This document shows, in pieces, positions 44,631 through 55,088 of a stretch of 64,000 nucleotides of DNA. Where the stretch lies: contig CAVWIP010000008.1 in NCBI GenBank assembly GCA_963755125.1, positions 96,001 to 160,000 on the forward strand, given 5' to 3'. The notes below the pieces were generated by a model that was not told the DNA's origin, did not search any database, and saw only the letters and a list, made by a program, of their open reading frames with translations. Positions within the stretch are counted from its first letter, which is position 1, and every line of letters begins with the position of its first letter. A program made the position numbers and the translations under genes. Source of the stretch: an uncultured delta proteobacterium. GTDB taxonomy: Bacteria > Myxococcota_A > Polyangia > Fen-1088.

Positions 44631-45265
44631 TGAAGTTCCGTTTCCCACCCTCGGGCGTGCTGGTACCCAACAGCGAGTTCGATCCCCTGCCCTACTACTA
44701 CCGGCCTGTGGTCGGCCATATCTACCGTCACCGACTGCAAATGGGCCTCCGTCTCATCCCGCGCGGCGGCCAGCGCGTGCTCGAGATCGGCGTCGGGAGT
44801 GGAATCCTGGTTCCTAGCCTGACAGCCGGCTTTCCCGAGTATGTTGGCACTGATCTGCTGCTGGCTCCGGGGCTCGAATCCCTGGTCACGCCCGGGTGCC
44901 ACGCGACCTTTCGGGTCGCGGATCTCCTGGATGCCAACGCCGTTCCCCCCGGCGACTTCGATGTGGTGGTGTGTTTGTCGGTGCTGGAGCATATCGCTGA
45001 CGCCGAAGCGGCTGCGCGCTGCCTGGCCCGCACTCTGGCCCCCGGCGGCACCCTGGTGACTGGCTATCCCATGGTGAATCGATTCATGGCCACATGTTTT
45101 CGCACGCTCGGGTTCGGGCGCATCGAAGAGCACCACGTGACCACCCCGGCCCAGATTACCACCGCCCTCGGCCGCCTGCTGCGGCCCGTGGGACGCGTCA
45201 GCCTGCCCATGTTTGCGCCGCAGTCCCTCTCGCTGTACGAGTGCACCTCGTGGACGAATAGCTAG
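44630..45265 (+). CDS. Class I SAM-dependent methyltransferase
   Basis: VLEIGVGSG, FDVVVCLSVLEHI, LAPGG; GTG start at upstream stop. Confidence 0.85.
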   Translation: MKFRFPPSGVLVPNSEFDPLPYYYRPVVGHIYRHRLQMGLRLIPRGGQRVLEIGVGSGILVPSLTAGFPEYVGTDLLLAPGLESLVTPGCHATFRVADLLDANAVPPGDFDVVVCLSVLEHIADAEAAARCLARTLAPGGTLVTGYPMVNRFMATCFRTLGFGRIEEHHVTTPAQITTALGRLLRPVGRVSLPMFAPQSLSLYECTSWTNS

Positions 45266-45273
45266 ATTCCAGG

Positions 45274-46053
45274 TCAGACTCGTTCGATGACCGCCAACAA
45301 GCGAAACGCGATCAGGCGATACATCGCGGCCGGCAGGCGATCCTCCAGCGCCAGCAGCGCGCGCCAGAGCCCGGCGGGCAGCAAGGGTGGGCGCGAAAAA
45401 CCACCGGTGGCCGGGTAGCTGAGTCCAGCCAGGCGCTCGAAGCGCACGATCTTCAACATGGGGAAACGTCGCTCGAACTCCCGCCGTCCGTGTTTTCGGT
45501 GCAGCAACGTGGGAATGGCCTGATTGGACTCGAAGGGGTCCTTGTCAGAAGCGCCGTGCTCCGCCAGCGGCTGCGTGCGCATGTCTACCGGCTCTTCATG
45601 GAAGAGCCGGTAGACGACGGAAGACACCGGGCTGATGTACGGCTCGCAAAGCACGACACGGCCGCCTGGTCGCAGCACGCGCGCGGCTTCCTGGAAGAAC
45701 TTTGCGGGCGATGACAGATGGTGGAGCACATCGAACAACACCAGCGCGCCCACCGACGCGTCCGCAAAGGGCAGGTTGTCGGCCGACACGCAGCGATCGT
45801 GCCAGGGCGCCTTCACGATGTCGCTCAGTTCCAGACCCGGGATGAACTCCCGTGCGAAACCGGGTCCTGATCCGATTTCCATCCAAGGCCCCAAATCGTG
45901 CGCCGGCAATGCCTCCCGCATGCTCGCGTACCAGCGCCCGTAGAGTACCCGCAAGGGCTCGTTCGATCGCCAGGCTTGCCGGAGCGCCTCGAAACGCGCC
46001 AGCACACTCGCGCGGACCTCGGGCGACAGTTCCACCGCCGCTGGTTCAGACAT
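45274..46053 (-). CDS. Class I SAM-dependent methyltransferase
   Basis: EIGSGPG, LPFAD, DVLHHL, RVLRPGG. Confidence 0.88.
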   Translation of the reverse strand: MSEPAAVELSPEVRASVLARFEALRQAWRSNEPLRVLYGRWYASMREALPAHDLGPWMEIGSGPGFAREFIPGLELSDIVKAPWHDRCVSADNLPFADASVGALVLFDVLHHLSSPAKFFQEAARVLRPGGRVVLCEPYISPVSSVVYRLFHEEPVDMRTQPLAEHGASDKDPFESNQAIPTLLHRKHGRREFERRFPMLKIVRFERLAGLSYPATGGFSRPPLLPAGLWRALLALEDRLPAAMYRLIAFRLLAVIERV

Positions 46054-47515
46054 ACTTGAGCTTGCTGGCGGCCACGGCCGACATCTTGAGCAGCAGCCAG
46101 CCGTGCTTCCAGCGCGAGATGTTGGTGGAGCCGTAGAGTCGCTCCTGGTAGCGAACCGGGATCTCCACGATCTTCAGATTCAGCCTGGCGGCCCCGAATA
46201 TGAGATCAAAATCCCCGAACGGATCGAAGTCGCCAAACACGTGGCGCGCCGCCGCGAGCCGCTGGTAGTCGCGCCGCCGCAGCACCTTGGTTCCGCACAG
46301 CGTGTCCTTGATGGGCTGCTGGAGCAAATAAGTGAACAGGTGGGAAAAGGCCTGATTGCCGATGCGGTTGAAGAAGCGCATCGCCCCCGGCTGCATGGGA
46401 TAGACTAGGCGCGTCCCCTGCACGTAGTCCCCCAGCCCGCGCGCTATGACGTCGTAGAACACGGGCAACTCTTCCGGCGGCACGGTCAGATCGGCGTCGA
46501 GAATCATCAGCACATCGCCGGTGGCCTTGGCAAAGCCCAGCCGCACGGCATCGCCCTTTCCCTTGCCGGTCTGCTGGTAGGCCGACAGCTTGAGCGGCCC
46601 GCGATAGTCCTTGATGGCGTTGGCTATCGTCTCCCAGGTTCCGTCGCTGGATCCACCCTCGACGAAGATCAGCTCGGTCGATGAGCCCATGACCGGCGTT
46701 CGCTCGATGGCGGCGGCCACGTTTCCCGCCTCGTTGCGTGTGGGCACCACCACACTTACGGAAAGCGGCCGGGGAGCAGCGGCCGGATCCCGGCGGCGCA
46801 AGACATAGAGCCGATACAACGAGAAGCGCTGAATCAGTGGCAACTTGGCCAGATAGCGGTTCACCAGCGGCGCCAGGCCCGGCACCTGCAAGGGGAGCAA
46901 CAAACGGTCATCGAAGCGAACCATCTCCAGACCGGTGATGTTGAACAGGTTGTGAAAATCGCTGTGTGACAGCCAGTTCGACGTGGGAGCCGGCGTCTTC
47001 CAGCCAACCATCTCCGCCGCCCGCGCGGCAAACTCCCAGAGGTAGTTGTACGCCGTCAGGTAGATCAGCCCGTGTTCAGTCAGGCGATCGCGCAGGCTTT
47101 CCAGCCAGGCCCGCACATCCGTCACCGTGTGACACAGACGATCGCAGATCACGGCGTCGAATTTTCGCCCGGGCGGCAGGCGGTCCGCATCGCCCACCTC
47201 GAATGTGATCTCGGGATGGCGGCGCTGGGCCTCAGCCGCCAACTCGGCCGTGGGAGCGATCCCCACGCGTTCCTGGTTGGGCAAAGCCGCGATCAGATCG
47301 CCGGTGCGGCAGCCCATTTCCGCGACGGATGCGTCGCCCGGAATCCAACGCCGCAGCGTCGCACGCAAATCCTCATCGAGAAAATCGCGCGCGGCCGGGT
47401 GGCGCGGGCGCTCGAAGGCCATCCGGCGAAAATAGTCTGTCCAGGCCGCCTCCAGTGCCTCCGGCGAGCCAGGGCGAAGCCCCGCAGGCAATGGGAAAGA
47501 TGCTGACCCGCTCAT
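46046..47515 (-). CDS. Methyltransferase-fold / GT2 (polyprenol-phosphate glycosyltransferase-like) fusion
   Basis: EMGCRTG; VVVPTRNEAGN, GKGDAVRLG, ILDADL, DTLCGTK, EIPVRY. Confidence 0.9.
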   Translation of the reverse strand: MSGSASFPLPAGLRPGSPEALEAAWTDYFRRMAFERPRHPAARDFLDEDLRATLRRWIPGDASVAEMGCRTGDLIAALPNQERVGIAPTAELAAEAQRRHPEITFEVGDADRLPPGRKFDAVICDRLCHTVTDVRAWLESLRDRLTEHGLIYLTAYNYLWEFAARAAEMVGWKTPAPTSNWLSHSDFHNLFNITGLEMVRFDDRLLLPLQVPGLAPLVNRYLAKLPLIQRFSLYRLYVLRRRDPAAAPRPLSVSVVVPTRNEAGNVAAAIERTPVMGSSTELIFVEGGSSDGTWETIANAIKDYRGPLKLSAYQQTGKGKGDAVRLGFAKATGDVLMILDADLTVPPEELPVFYDVIARGLGDYVQGTRLVYPMQPGAMRFFNRIGNQAFSHLFTYLLQQPIKDTLCGTKVLRRRDYQRLAAARHVFGDFDPFGDFDLIFGAARLNLKIVEIPVRYQERLYGSTNISRWKHGWLLLKMSAVAASKLKYV

Positions 47516-47524
47516 GGGAGAGGC

Positions 47525-50335
47525 TTAGAAGTCCATATCCACCAACGGGAAGATCTTCTTGAACCGCTGGCCCGGCTTGAGAATGACGATCTCGTTGCGC
47601 TCGATCATCAGGTCGGGATTGGTGAAGGTGATGCGATGCTTGCCGCAAGCAAGGCTGTAGTCCATGAGCGGGGTACTCTTGCCGGTCGGCTTGCCGTCGA
47701 TGGACACCTGCGCCCAGGGCTTGGAACCAATGGTCGCCACACATTCCTCGCCGCCTCCGGCTCCCAACCTCCCCTCGCGTTCGAAAACGTCATCGTCGCT
47801 CGCCGCCTTGCCCCGAGTCTTTCCACTGCCCCCGGACTTCGGGAACGGGGAACTGTCGTCGCCCAGCCCTTCCGCCTTCCCGGCACCCTTGCCTGGCCGC
47901 CGCGAACCGGGTGATGACTTTCCTCGGCCCTCAACCGCCGCGATGGGGCCTGCTGCCGGCGCGGGCGCTGGCGCCACAGCGGCAGGTGGACTCGGCGGAC
48001 GCGGGGCAGCCGCTCCTGCCGTGTGTCCAGATGCCGACACGCCAGCGGGCTCGCGCACAGCATGAATCTTCAACGTCTGGCCTGGCTCCTGGTAGATCTC
48101 CTGGCGCCAATCCTTGAAGCGCGGATCGCCCTTGATTTCTAGAACGTGGCGGCCAGTCGTAATGCGCGAAGCCCTGAAGTTGGTGGTGGCCTGTTTTCCC
48201 GTTTCATTGACGGCAAATGCCTGTCCGTCCAGCCACACCAGGCCCCCGGGCGGCTGGCTGGTCAATTCGAATCCCGTGTCGGGTGATGCCTCCAGCTCGA
48301 CCTCCACGCGTTCCACCTGCGCGGTACGAATCTCTACGTCCTGCTCACGCGACACGTACCCATCACGCGAAACGGCCACATGGTAGATGCCTGGCCGTCG
48401 CTCAATGACGTAGGGCGGCCCCTCGGCCAAAGCGACCCCGTCGACAGTTACCCGCGCATCCTGAGGCTTGACACCTATCTGCATCTTTCCCGATCGGGTC
48501 AGGTAGAGATAGGCACCCCCGCCTCCCAGTGCCATGAACGCGAGAAAGAGCAGGTAGTACTTGGCCCACGACGGCGACCGCAAGGACAAGGCGGCTGCAG
48601 CGGCCGTCGCCGCATCCATGCCGCCCGATAGGCGTTGCCCGGGCAGGCCGTAGGGCTGGCTGGGCATGCCAGCGGAGGGATGAGCCGGCTGCCCCAGGTC
48701 GAATCCCGACAGCGTCTGTGGCGGGAAGAACGACGGCGGCGCGGGCATGGCGGGCGGGGCAACACCGGGGATCGGCGCGCTCAGGGAACCCACGCCCATC
48801 AAGGTCTGACGCAGCGCCGGACGAGGAGGCTCCGGCGCGGATGGCGCCCCCAGAGGCGCAAACAGCGGCCGACCCAGCGACGCAGAAGCCTGCGGCGTCG
48901 GACGGGCAGGCGCCAGTGGTGTCGCTGCCTGTCGTGATGGGCGAGACGGCCCTGGAAGCGCGGCGGGTTTGGCAGCCACGACCGGCCGGCCTGTCTGCGG
49001 CGCGGGGAGAGGCCGGACCGGTGAACTCTCGCCCAGACCCATCACGGTCTGACGAAGCGAGACGGACGGGGTTTCTTTGTGGGTCGGATCCTTCTCCGCG
49101 AACGTCGTGGGCGCGGGGAATGCCTCGTTCATCTCGGCCAGTGAAGCCAAGGAAGGCGGAGCCGCGACCGTCTTGTCATCGGTGCCAAGGAACCCTGCGT
49201 CGGCCCGGATTGGCGCCGTGTCCGACTCGATTGGCTTGTCGAAGATGGACGTCTCCAGCTCTTCGTCGTCCCACCCCAGCGCCCCGTCGTTGGCTGACCG
49301 GGGCGGCGACGCGTGGGTCGGCACGGGCGTGTCCACGTCAGCCTCGACGGTTTCGATCTCTTCAATCTCGTCCTCGGCCCCGTCGATCGGGGGGGCCTCG
49401 TCGACCTGCAGACCAGCCGAGAAGGTCTTCTTCATCCAGACTGACAGGTCTTTGCGCGACGAAAACTGGCCCACGGAATACAGGAAGGCCTGCAAGTCAT
49501 CGTGTAGGTCCAGCGCGTTCTGGTAACGGTCCTCCACGTCCTTGGCCAACGCCTTCAACACGATATGTTCCAGCGGCTCAGGAACCTGTGAGTTGAATGA
49601 GGACGGCGGGACAACCTCCACGTTGCGGACCTTCTCCAGAGTTGAAAAATCGCTCTCGCCGACGAACAGCCGCTGACCGGTGAGCATTTCGTAAAGAATG
49701 ATGCCGAGGGCAAAGATGTCGCTGCGCCGGTCGATGGGCAGTCCGCGCACTTGTTCGGGCGACATGTAGCCGAACTTGCCTTTGAGAATGCCGGCCTGGG
49801 TCTTGGACGCCTTGCCTGCCGCTTTCGCGATACCAAAGTCGATGAGCTTGACCTCGCCCTCGTAGCCGATCAGCACGTTCTGTGGCGAGACGTCGCGGTG
49901 TACGAGGTTGAGCGCCCGACCCTGGGAGTCGCGCTTGTTGTGCGCGTAGTCCAGTCCTTCACAGACCTGCATGATCACGTAGCAAACCTGAGGCAGGGGC
50001 ATGGTCTGGCCATGCTTGTGCAAGTCGTCGAAGATGCCTCGCAAGTCGCGCCCCTGGACATATTCGAGGGCGATGAAGTATGCGTCGTCCACCTTCCCCA
50101 GGTCGAAGATCTGGGCGATGTTCGCGTGCTGCAGTTGCACCGCGATCTTCGCCTCGTCGATGAACATCGTGATGAACTCTTCGTCCTCGGCGATGTGGGG
50201 AAGGATGCGCTTGAGCGCGACGATGCGCTCGAAGCCTTCCACACCCACGACCTTGGCCTTGAACACCTCGGCCATACCCCCGACGTTGATGCGTTCGAGG
50301 AGGTAGTATTTTCCGAAAGGAGTGGGCTTGTTCAA
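47525..50335 (-). CDS. Membrane Ser/Thr protein kinase with PEGA domains
   Basis: GGMAEV, HRDVSPQN, DFG, YMSPEQ, Pro-rich linker, TM helix, PEGA repeats. Confidence 0.93.
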   Translation of the reverse strand: MNKPTPFGKYYLLERINVGGMAEVFKAKVVGVEGFERIVALKRILPHIAEDEEFITMFIDEAKIAVQLQHANIAQIFDLGKVDDAYFIALEYVQGRDLRGIFDDLHKHGQTMPLPQVCYVIMQVCEGLDYAHNKRDSQGRALNLVHRDVSPQNVLIGYEGEVKLIDFGIAKAAGKASKTQAGILKGKFGYMSPEQVRGLPIDRRSDIFALGIILYEMLTGQRLFVGESDFSTLEKVRNVEVVPPSSFNSQVPEPLEHIVLKALAKDVEDRYQNALDLHDDLQAFLYSVGQFSSRKDLSVWMKKTFSAGLQVDEAPPIDGAEDEIEEIETVEADVDTPVPTHASPPRSANDGALGWDDEELETSIFDKPIESDTAPIRADAGFLGTDDKTVAAPPSLASLAEMNEAFPAPTTFAEKDPTHKETPSVSLRQTVMGLGESSPVRPLPAPQTGRPVVAAKPAALPGPSRPSRQAATPLAPARPTPQASASLGRPLFAPLGAPSAPEPPRPALRQTLMGVGSLSAPIPGVAPPAMPAPPSFFPPQTLSGFDLGQPAHPSAGMPSQPYGLPGQRLSGGMDAATAAAAALSLRSPSWAKYYLLFLAFMALGGGGAYLYLTRSGKMQIGVKPQDARVTVDGVALAEGPPYVIERRPGIYHVAVSRDGYVSREQDVEIRTAQVERVEVELEASPDTGFELTSQPPGGLVWLDGQAFAVNETGKQATTNFRASRITTGRHVLEIKGDPRFKDWRQEIYQEPGQTLKIHAVREPAGVSASGHTAGAAAPRPPSPPAAVAPAPAPAAGPIAAVEGRGKSSPGSRRPGKGAGKAEGLGDDSSPFPKSGGSGKTRGKAASDDDVFEREGRLGAGGGEECVATIGSKPWAQVSIDGKPTGKSTPLMDYSLACGKHRITFTNPDLMIERNEIVILKPGQRFKKIFPLVDMDF

Positions 50336-50494
50336 GCGACGACTCCGAAGCGCAGGCAGCAACTGGCGCGAGTCATTCCGTTATCGACCACGGTTGGGCC
50401 CGAGTCAAGGAAGCCGCGCCCACGCAGCCGCAAGGCAGAACCGCGCCGCCCGAGCAACGCGTTCGCAAGGTGGCGCCGAGCCGCGAAGGATGTG

Positions 50495-50968
50495 TCACCC
50501 CTCAATCCAGACTTTCTTCATGCGATCGCCGGCCTGAATCTTCTGGACCACATCCATGCCGGACATGACCTGCCCGAAGACGGTGTGCTTGCGATCGAGG
50601 TGCGGCTGGGGTGAGTGGCAGATGAAGAACTGCGACCCGCCCGTGTCCTTGCCCGCATGGGCCATGGAGAGCGAGCCTGCCTTGTGAACCTGTCGCTTCC
50701 CCGTGGTTTCGCATTTGATCTTGTAACCGGGTCCACCGGTGCCGTTGCCAAGAGGGCATCCCCCCTGGATAACGAAGTCGGGAATGACACGATGGAAACT
50801 GAGCCCATCGTAGAAGGGACGGGTCACCTTCTTCCCGGTCGATGGGTCGACCCACTCTTTGGTTCCGGCCACCAGGCCTGCGAAGTTGGCCACCGTGCCG
50901 GGCGCGTCATCCTCGAACAGCTCGGCTACAATTTCACCCTTGGTTGTTTCAAAATGCACTTTCTTCAT
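50495..50968 (-). CDS. Cyclophilin-type peptidyl-prolyl isomerase
   Basis: [41 protein letters not shown]. Confidence 0.95.
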   Translation of the reverse strand: MKKVHFETTKGEIVAELFEDDAPGTVANFAGLVAGTKEWVDPSTGKKVTRPFYDGLSFHRVIPDFVIQGGCPLGNGTGGPGYKIKCETTGKRQVHKAGSLSMAHAGKDTGGSQFFICHSPQPHLDRKHTVFGQVMSGMDVVQKIQAGDRMKKVWIEG

Positions 50969-50997
50969 CGGGATACCTTAAACCTGTTCAGTTTCCG

Positions 50998-51006
50998 ATT
51001 GTAGCA
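50998..51006 (-). promoter_or_regulatory. Putative extended -10 promoter for the cyclophilin gene
   Basis: TGCTACAAT on minus strand about 30 nt upstream of ATG. Confidence 0.4.
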
Positions 51007-51212
51007 GGAGATGTCCGACTCGGGGGTCCGCTATTCTGGCCTTCCCTCGGTGGCCCTCGCGCCGCTTCTTCTTGAGCCTCCCCACACACTTAGTGCGACG
51101 CTTTACGTCGCACCCCAGGCAACCGGCTGTGTCTTCAGCCGATAATCGGGCAGAAGGCCCAAGCAGTGCGCAAATCCACCACGCCGGTCTGTGGTAAGGT
51201 AGGAACCGTTCG

Positions 51213-51593
51213 ATGAAGGTTTCCAAGCCGCCGTCGGGATCGCTTCTGGGCCGCGTCGCGGACCTTCCTGGGGTCAAGAAAAGCGGGGCCAAGGGGTTCG
51301 CCCGCAGCCTCACCAAAGCCTCGGGCGCTGACAAGGCGAGTGCTGCGAGGGCGACTCAGCCGACCGCCCGTGTGCACCAGATGGCGGCCATCGCAGACAT
51401 CGGCAAGGCCCTCCAGGCCGGACAGATCACGCCTCGGGCTGCGCTCGATCGAGTGGTTGAGCGAATTGTGGCTCGCCGCTTGGGCCCCACCGGACCTGCC
51501 GCAGTCAAGGAGAAGCTCAGTGCAGCGCTTCGTCAGACACTCGAAGACGATCCCATGCTGGCTGCCAAGATCCGCGCCCTGGGCGATGAGTAG
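51213..51593 (+). CDS. Hypothetical protein
   Basis: Fills the gap, basic N-terminus, helical C-terminus (LEDDPML). Confidence 0.65.
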   Translation: MKVSKPPSGSLLGRVADLPGVKKSGAKGFARSLTKASGADKASAARATQPTARVHQMAAIADIGKALQAGQITPRAALDRVVERIVARRLGPTGPAAVKEKLSAALRQTLEDDPMLAAKIRALGDE

Positions 51594-51881
51594 CTAACTC
51601 AATGCCTTGCGCGCGGCGGCCCGTTTCTGCGCCAACATCTCGCGCACCTTGGGAGGCAGGTAGAGGTGTTCGGTGTCCATAGTGGCCAGCGCCTCGCCAA
51701 GGATCGACGCGCGCTCCAAGGCTGCGGTCTTCCTGTCGATGATGATGAGCCACTCGCCTTTCACCTTGCACAGGCCACCGCCCCCTGCCGGCCCGGCGGC
51801 GGCAAGCGTCTCGTAGCGCACCTTCACGCCAAGCTGGCTGGCTGCAGTTTCCAGGGCCTCGGCAAGCTGTTCCGGCTTCAT
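51594..51881 (-). CDS. Small conserved hypothetical protein
   Basis: LGVKVRYE...GGLCKVKG...YLPPKVRE; ATGA overlap with histidine kinase. Confidence 0.75.
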   Translation of the reverse strand: MKPEQLAEALETAASQLGVKVRYETLAAAGPAGGGGLCKVKGEWLIIIDRKTAALERASILGEALATMDTEHLYLPPKVREMLAQKRAAARKALS

Positions 51882-53089
51882 GGGGTCGGCTTCTCTCCCT
51901 CGATGTTGTGCGAAATGGGATGGCTGACAGGCAGGGTTACCACGAACGTCGTGCCGCTGCCGAGCTTGGATTGGAAAGTGATCTGCCCGCCGTGGGCGTA
52001 GACGATGTTGCGTACCACCGAGAGTCCCAACCCGGTCCCGCTGCCAGCCGGCTTGGTGGTGAAGAAGGGGTCAAAGATACTGGCCCGGTGTTCCTCGCGG
52101 ATGCCGGAGCCTGTGTCGGTCACGGCCAACCCGACCGCGGCCTCCCCGTCATGGAAGGTTCGCACCCGGATGGTGCCGCCTTTTTCTCCCAGGGCCTGCG
52201 CCGCGTTGGTCACCAGATTGGTCACCACCTGCATCACCTGGTCTCGCACCGCGCGCACAGGTGGCAGGTTGGCCGCCAGATCCCGATCCAGGGTGGCCTT
52301 GGCTTCCACAAAAATGTGCTCGCAGAAGGAGAGCGCGTGCTCAACGACTTCGTTGAGATCCAGCCGTTCGATCTCGACGCGCGAGGGTCGAGCGTAGCCA
52401 ACCAGGTCGTGGGTGAAACGCCGGATGCGCTCGACTCCGTCCTGGATGCGCTTGAGCCGTTCCAGGTCGACGGGCTCGATCTGGTTCGGCACGCGCCCCT
52501 GCACGGCCATGCTTGCCTTGTGCAGGACTGCCTCGATGCACGCTTGGATGGAAGTGAGCGGGTTGTTGATCTCGTGCGCCACGCCGGCAGCGATCTGCCC
52601 CACGGTTGCCAGCTTCTCCGCATGAATCACCTGGTTCTGCAACACGCGCAGGGCCGTCACGTCCTGACCAACCGCCAGCACGGCGGAGGGCCGGCCGCCT
52701 TCGGCACGCACGACAGCCACGTTGAAAGTTGCGTGCGCGACCGTCCCGCTCACCGACGGCAGTCGAACTTCGCAGGTGGGCAAATCTCCGCCGTCCGCCA
52801 CCTGTTTCATGATCTGGGCGAGTTCCGGCATCCCCACCTCGGAGAGCCAGGGGAGCAAGTCACGGCCCACCACGGTCTCGCGAGGAAAACCCGTCAGTCT
52901 GGCCATGGCTCGGTTCCACACCGTCACCCGGCCGCCAAGGTCCGTTGCGATGACCAGCACGTTGGCCTGGTCCACGATCTGCTCGAGGTGGTCGCGTACG
53001 CCGGCGGCCGGACGCGAACGCCCCGACTTGGCCCGCCGACGTGCCGGCTTTCTCGCGGTCGGCCTGTGCGGCTTCACCGGACGAGTCAT
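51878..53089 (-). CDS. Cytoplasmic PAS-domain sensor histidine kinase
   Basis: PAS domain, AGVAHEINNPL, NLVTNA, DTGSGI, FDPFFTTK, GTGLGL; TGATG coupling to larC. Confidence 0.93.
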   Translation of the reverse strand: MTRPVKPHRPTARKPARRRAKSGRSRPAAGVRDHLEQIVDQANVLVIATDLGGRVTVWNRAMARLTGFPRETVVGRDLLPWLSEVGMPELAQIMKQVADGGDLPTCEVRLPSVSGTVAHATFNVAVVRAEGGRPSAVLAVGQDVTALRVLQNQVIHAEKLATVGQIAAGVAHEINNPLTSIQACIEAVLHKASMAVQGRVPNQIEPVDLERLKRIQDGVERIRRFTHDLVGYARPSRVEIERLDLNEVVEHALSFCEHIFVEAKATLDRDLAANLPPVRAVRDQVMQVVTNLVTNAAQALGEKGGTIRVRTFHDGEAAVGLAVTDTGSGIREEHRASIFDPFFTTKPAGSGTGLGLSVVRNIVYAHGGQITFQSKLGSGTTFVVTLPVSHPISHNIEGEKPTP

Positions 53090-54333
53090 CAGCCCCGCTT
53101 CCTCTCGCGGGACATAAGCAGGCGCGACGCCACGGCAGCCGCCTCGGCCAGCACCGTGCGGACCGGCACGCCTGCCTTGTCGGCGAGACGCCGGCAGTCG
53201 TCGAACTCCGGCGCAGCACCGAGCATATCGACGCCGTCGGCGGCCAGCTTGACCGACACGGTCCCGAAGCGGGTCTTCACGCTGGCCAGCGAACGTGACA
53301 GCACAGCCCGTTGCATGGGCGCACGCCGCACGCCCAGCGTGGTGGAATTGCGAAAGAATGCCTGCTCGACCGAGCCCACGCTCTCGGGCGGTGCCAACGC
53401 CGACACCTGCCACGCCGGCCGGCCCTTCTTCATCAAGATCGACGTTGTCCACACATCGATTGCCCCGACCACGAAGAGTGCCGACATCAGCGGCTCGATC
53501 AGTTGGGGACTCATGTCGTCCAGGTTGGCCTCCAGCAGGACGACCTCGGGCGCGGAGGCGGGCAAAGAACGCCCAATCGCCTCCCCGAGAAGAACGCGCA
53601 GAACGTTGGCACGATCGGGAACCTCTCGCGTGCCAGCGCCGAAGCCCTGAGCCCGGATGCGCATGGGCGGCGGCGGACCGAACTTGCTCACCAGCGCTGC
53701 CAGAATGGCGGCGCCCGTGGGCGTGGTCAGCTCGCCCTGGCCTTCGAGCAGCGCCGGAACTCCGCGCAGGATCGCGGCAGTGGCCGGCGCCGGAACCGGC
53801 ATCAGCCCATGTGCCGTGTGTACCTGACCCGATCCCAGCACGGGAGGCGTCGACGACACCGACGAGGGCCGCAGCCACGCGATGGCCGCAGCCGCGCCCA
53901 CCACATCGGCAATGGAATCCCACGCCCCCACCTCATGAAACGCGACCCGATCGATCGCGACACCATGCAGCGCCGCCTCGGCCCGCGCGACACGCTCGAA
54001 AATCGAGCCGGCCAGCCGCTTGGTCTCCGCGTCCAACCGCGCCCGCTGCAGCAACCGGCGAATCTCCGCATAGTCCCGGTGCTCATGGTGATGCCCATGG
54101 TGGTGACCCGGATGCTGGCCCGGTCCGCTCACCACGAATCCCCTGCCCACGAATGCCCCGCGCCGCCGCTTCTCGAAACCGACCGTCAAACCGCGCACCC
54201 CCATCTCCGCAATGGCGTCGCTGACCACCTTGGCAGGGACGCCGGCATCCACCAGGGCCGCCACCGCCATGTCGCCCGCGATTCCGGACGACGGGTCGAA
54301 GTGCACATGCAGTCCGTGCAGATGCTGATTCAT
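53089..54333 (-). CDS. larC: Nickel insertion protein LarC
   Basis: GIAGDM, His-rich HPGHHHGHHHEH, FHEVGAWDSIADV, PAPAT, TPTGAA, MKKGRP, PEFDD. Confidence 0.95.
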   Translation of the reverse strand: MNQHLHGLHVHFDPSSGIAGDMAVAALVDAGVPAKVVSDAIAEMGVRGLTVGFEKRRRGAFVGRGFVVSGPGQHPGHHHGHHHEHRDYAEIRRLLQRARLDAETKRLAGSIFERVARAEAALHGVAIDRVAFHEVGAWDSIADVVGAAAAIAWLRPSSVSSTPPVLGSGQVHTAHGLMPVPAPATAAILRGVPALLEGQGELTTPTGAAILAALVSKFGPPPPMRIRAQGFGAGTREVPDRANVLRVLLGEAIGRSLPASAPEVVLLEANLDDMSPQLIEPLMSALFVVGAIDVWTTSILMKKGRPAWQVSALAPPESVGSVEQAFFRNSTTLGVRRAPMQRAVLSRSLASVKTRFGTVSVKLAADGVDMLGAAPEFDDCRRLADKAGVPVRTVLAEAAAVASRLLMSRERKRG

Positions 54334-55088
54334 GTCTGGCGAACCCGATTGAGCATGGAGGCCAGCCGCCCACCGCCGAATCCGTTGTCGATGTTTACCA
54401 CGGCCACCCCCGTGGCGCAGGAGTTGAGCATAGTCAGCAGCGCGGCCACCCCCCCGAACGAGGCCCCGTAGCCGACGCTGGTGGGCACTGCGATCGCCGG
54501 CCGCGAGAACAGACCGCCGACCACCGTGGGCAGCACCCCATCCATGCCCGCCACCACCACCAGCACCTCGGCCTCCTCGATGCGCTCGCGATGAGCCAGC
54601 AGGCGGTGCAGCCCGGCCACGCCCACGTCGAAGATCCGTACCACCCGGTTTCCATCCATCTCCGCGGTGACCGCGGCTTCCTCGGCCACCGGGATGTCAG
54701 AGGTTCCGGCCGACAGCACGCCCACCACGCCGCGGCCGCGATCCGGCGCCGGCTGCGGGCCGAAGACCAGCATGCGGGGAACTTCCAGGTAGCGAACTGC
54801 CGGCAGCGTGGTCGCGACCTGGGCCGCCACCTCGGGCGCCACCCTGGTGGCCATCACGGGCACGCCATCACGTCCCAATTCCCCGAGCAGGGTCGCGATC
54901 TGCGCAGCCGACTTGCCCGAGCCGAACACCACCTCGGGAAACCCGGTCCGCATGTGACGGTGAGTATCGGCATGGGCAAAGCCCAATGAGCGGAAAGGCA
55001 GATCGCGCAGCTCACGCAGGCCATCGTCAGGTGACGTCTTGCCGTCCCGAATGTCCTCCAGGAGCGCGCGCAGGCGTGATGAGTCCAC
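54330..55088 (-). CDS. larB: NPN cofactor carboxylase/hydrolase LarB (PurE-like)
   Basis: GFPEVVFG, AGTSDIPVAEEA, DVGVAGLHR, AVPTSVGYG, MLNSC, VNIDNGFG. Confidence 0.95.
   Translation of the reverse strand: MDSSRLRALLEDIRDGKTSPDDGLRELRDLPFRSLGFAHADTHRHMRTGFPEVVFGSGKSAAQIATLLGELGRDGVPVMATRVAPEVAAQVATTLPAVRYLEVPRMLVFGPQPAPDRGRGVVGVLSAGTSDIPVAEEAAVTAEMDGNRVVRIFDVGVAGLHRLLAHRERIEEAEVLVVVAGMDGVLPTVVGGLFSRPAIAVPTSVGYGASFGGVAALLTMLNSCATGVAVVNIDNGFGGGRLASMLNRVRQT

Noticed and set aside
51110..51200. Possible c-di-GMP-I (GEMM) riboswitch
   Set aside because: Only loose GGCAA/CGCAAA resemblance; the GNRA tetraloop-receptor architecture is not evident
51878..53923. 681-aa kinase ORF, and the long N-terminal extensions of thiI, pgeF, the sigma54 regulator and the 44000 MTase
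   Set aside because: The extensions overlap neighbouring real genes in other frames; starts were reassigned downstream
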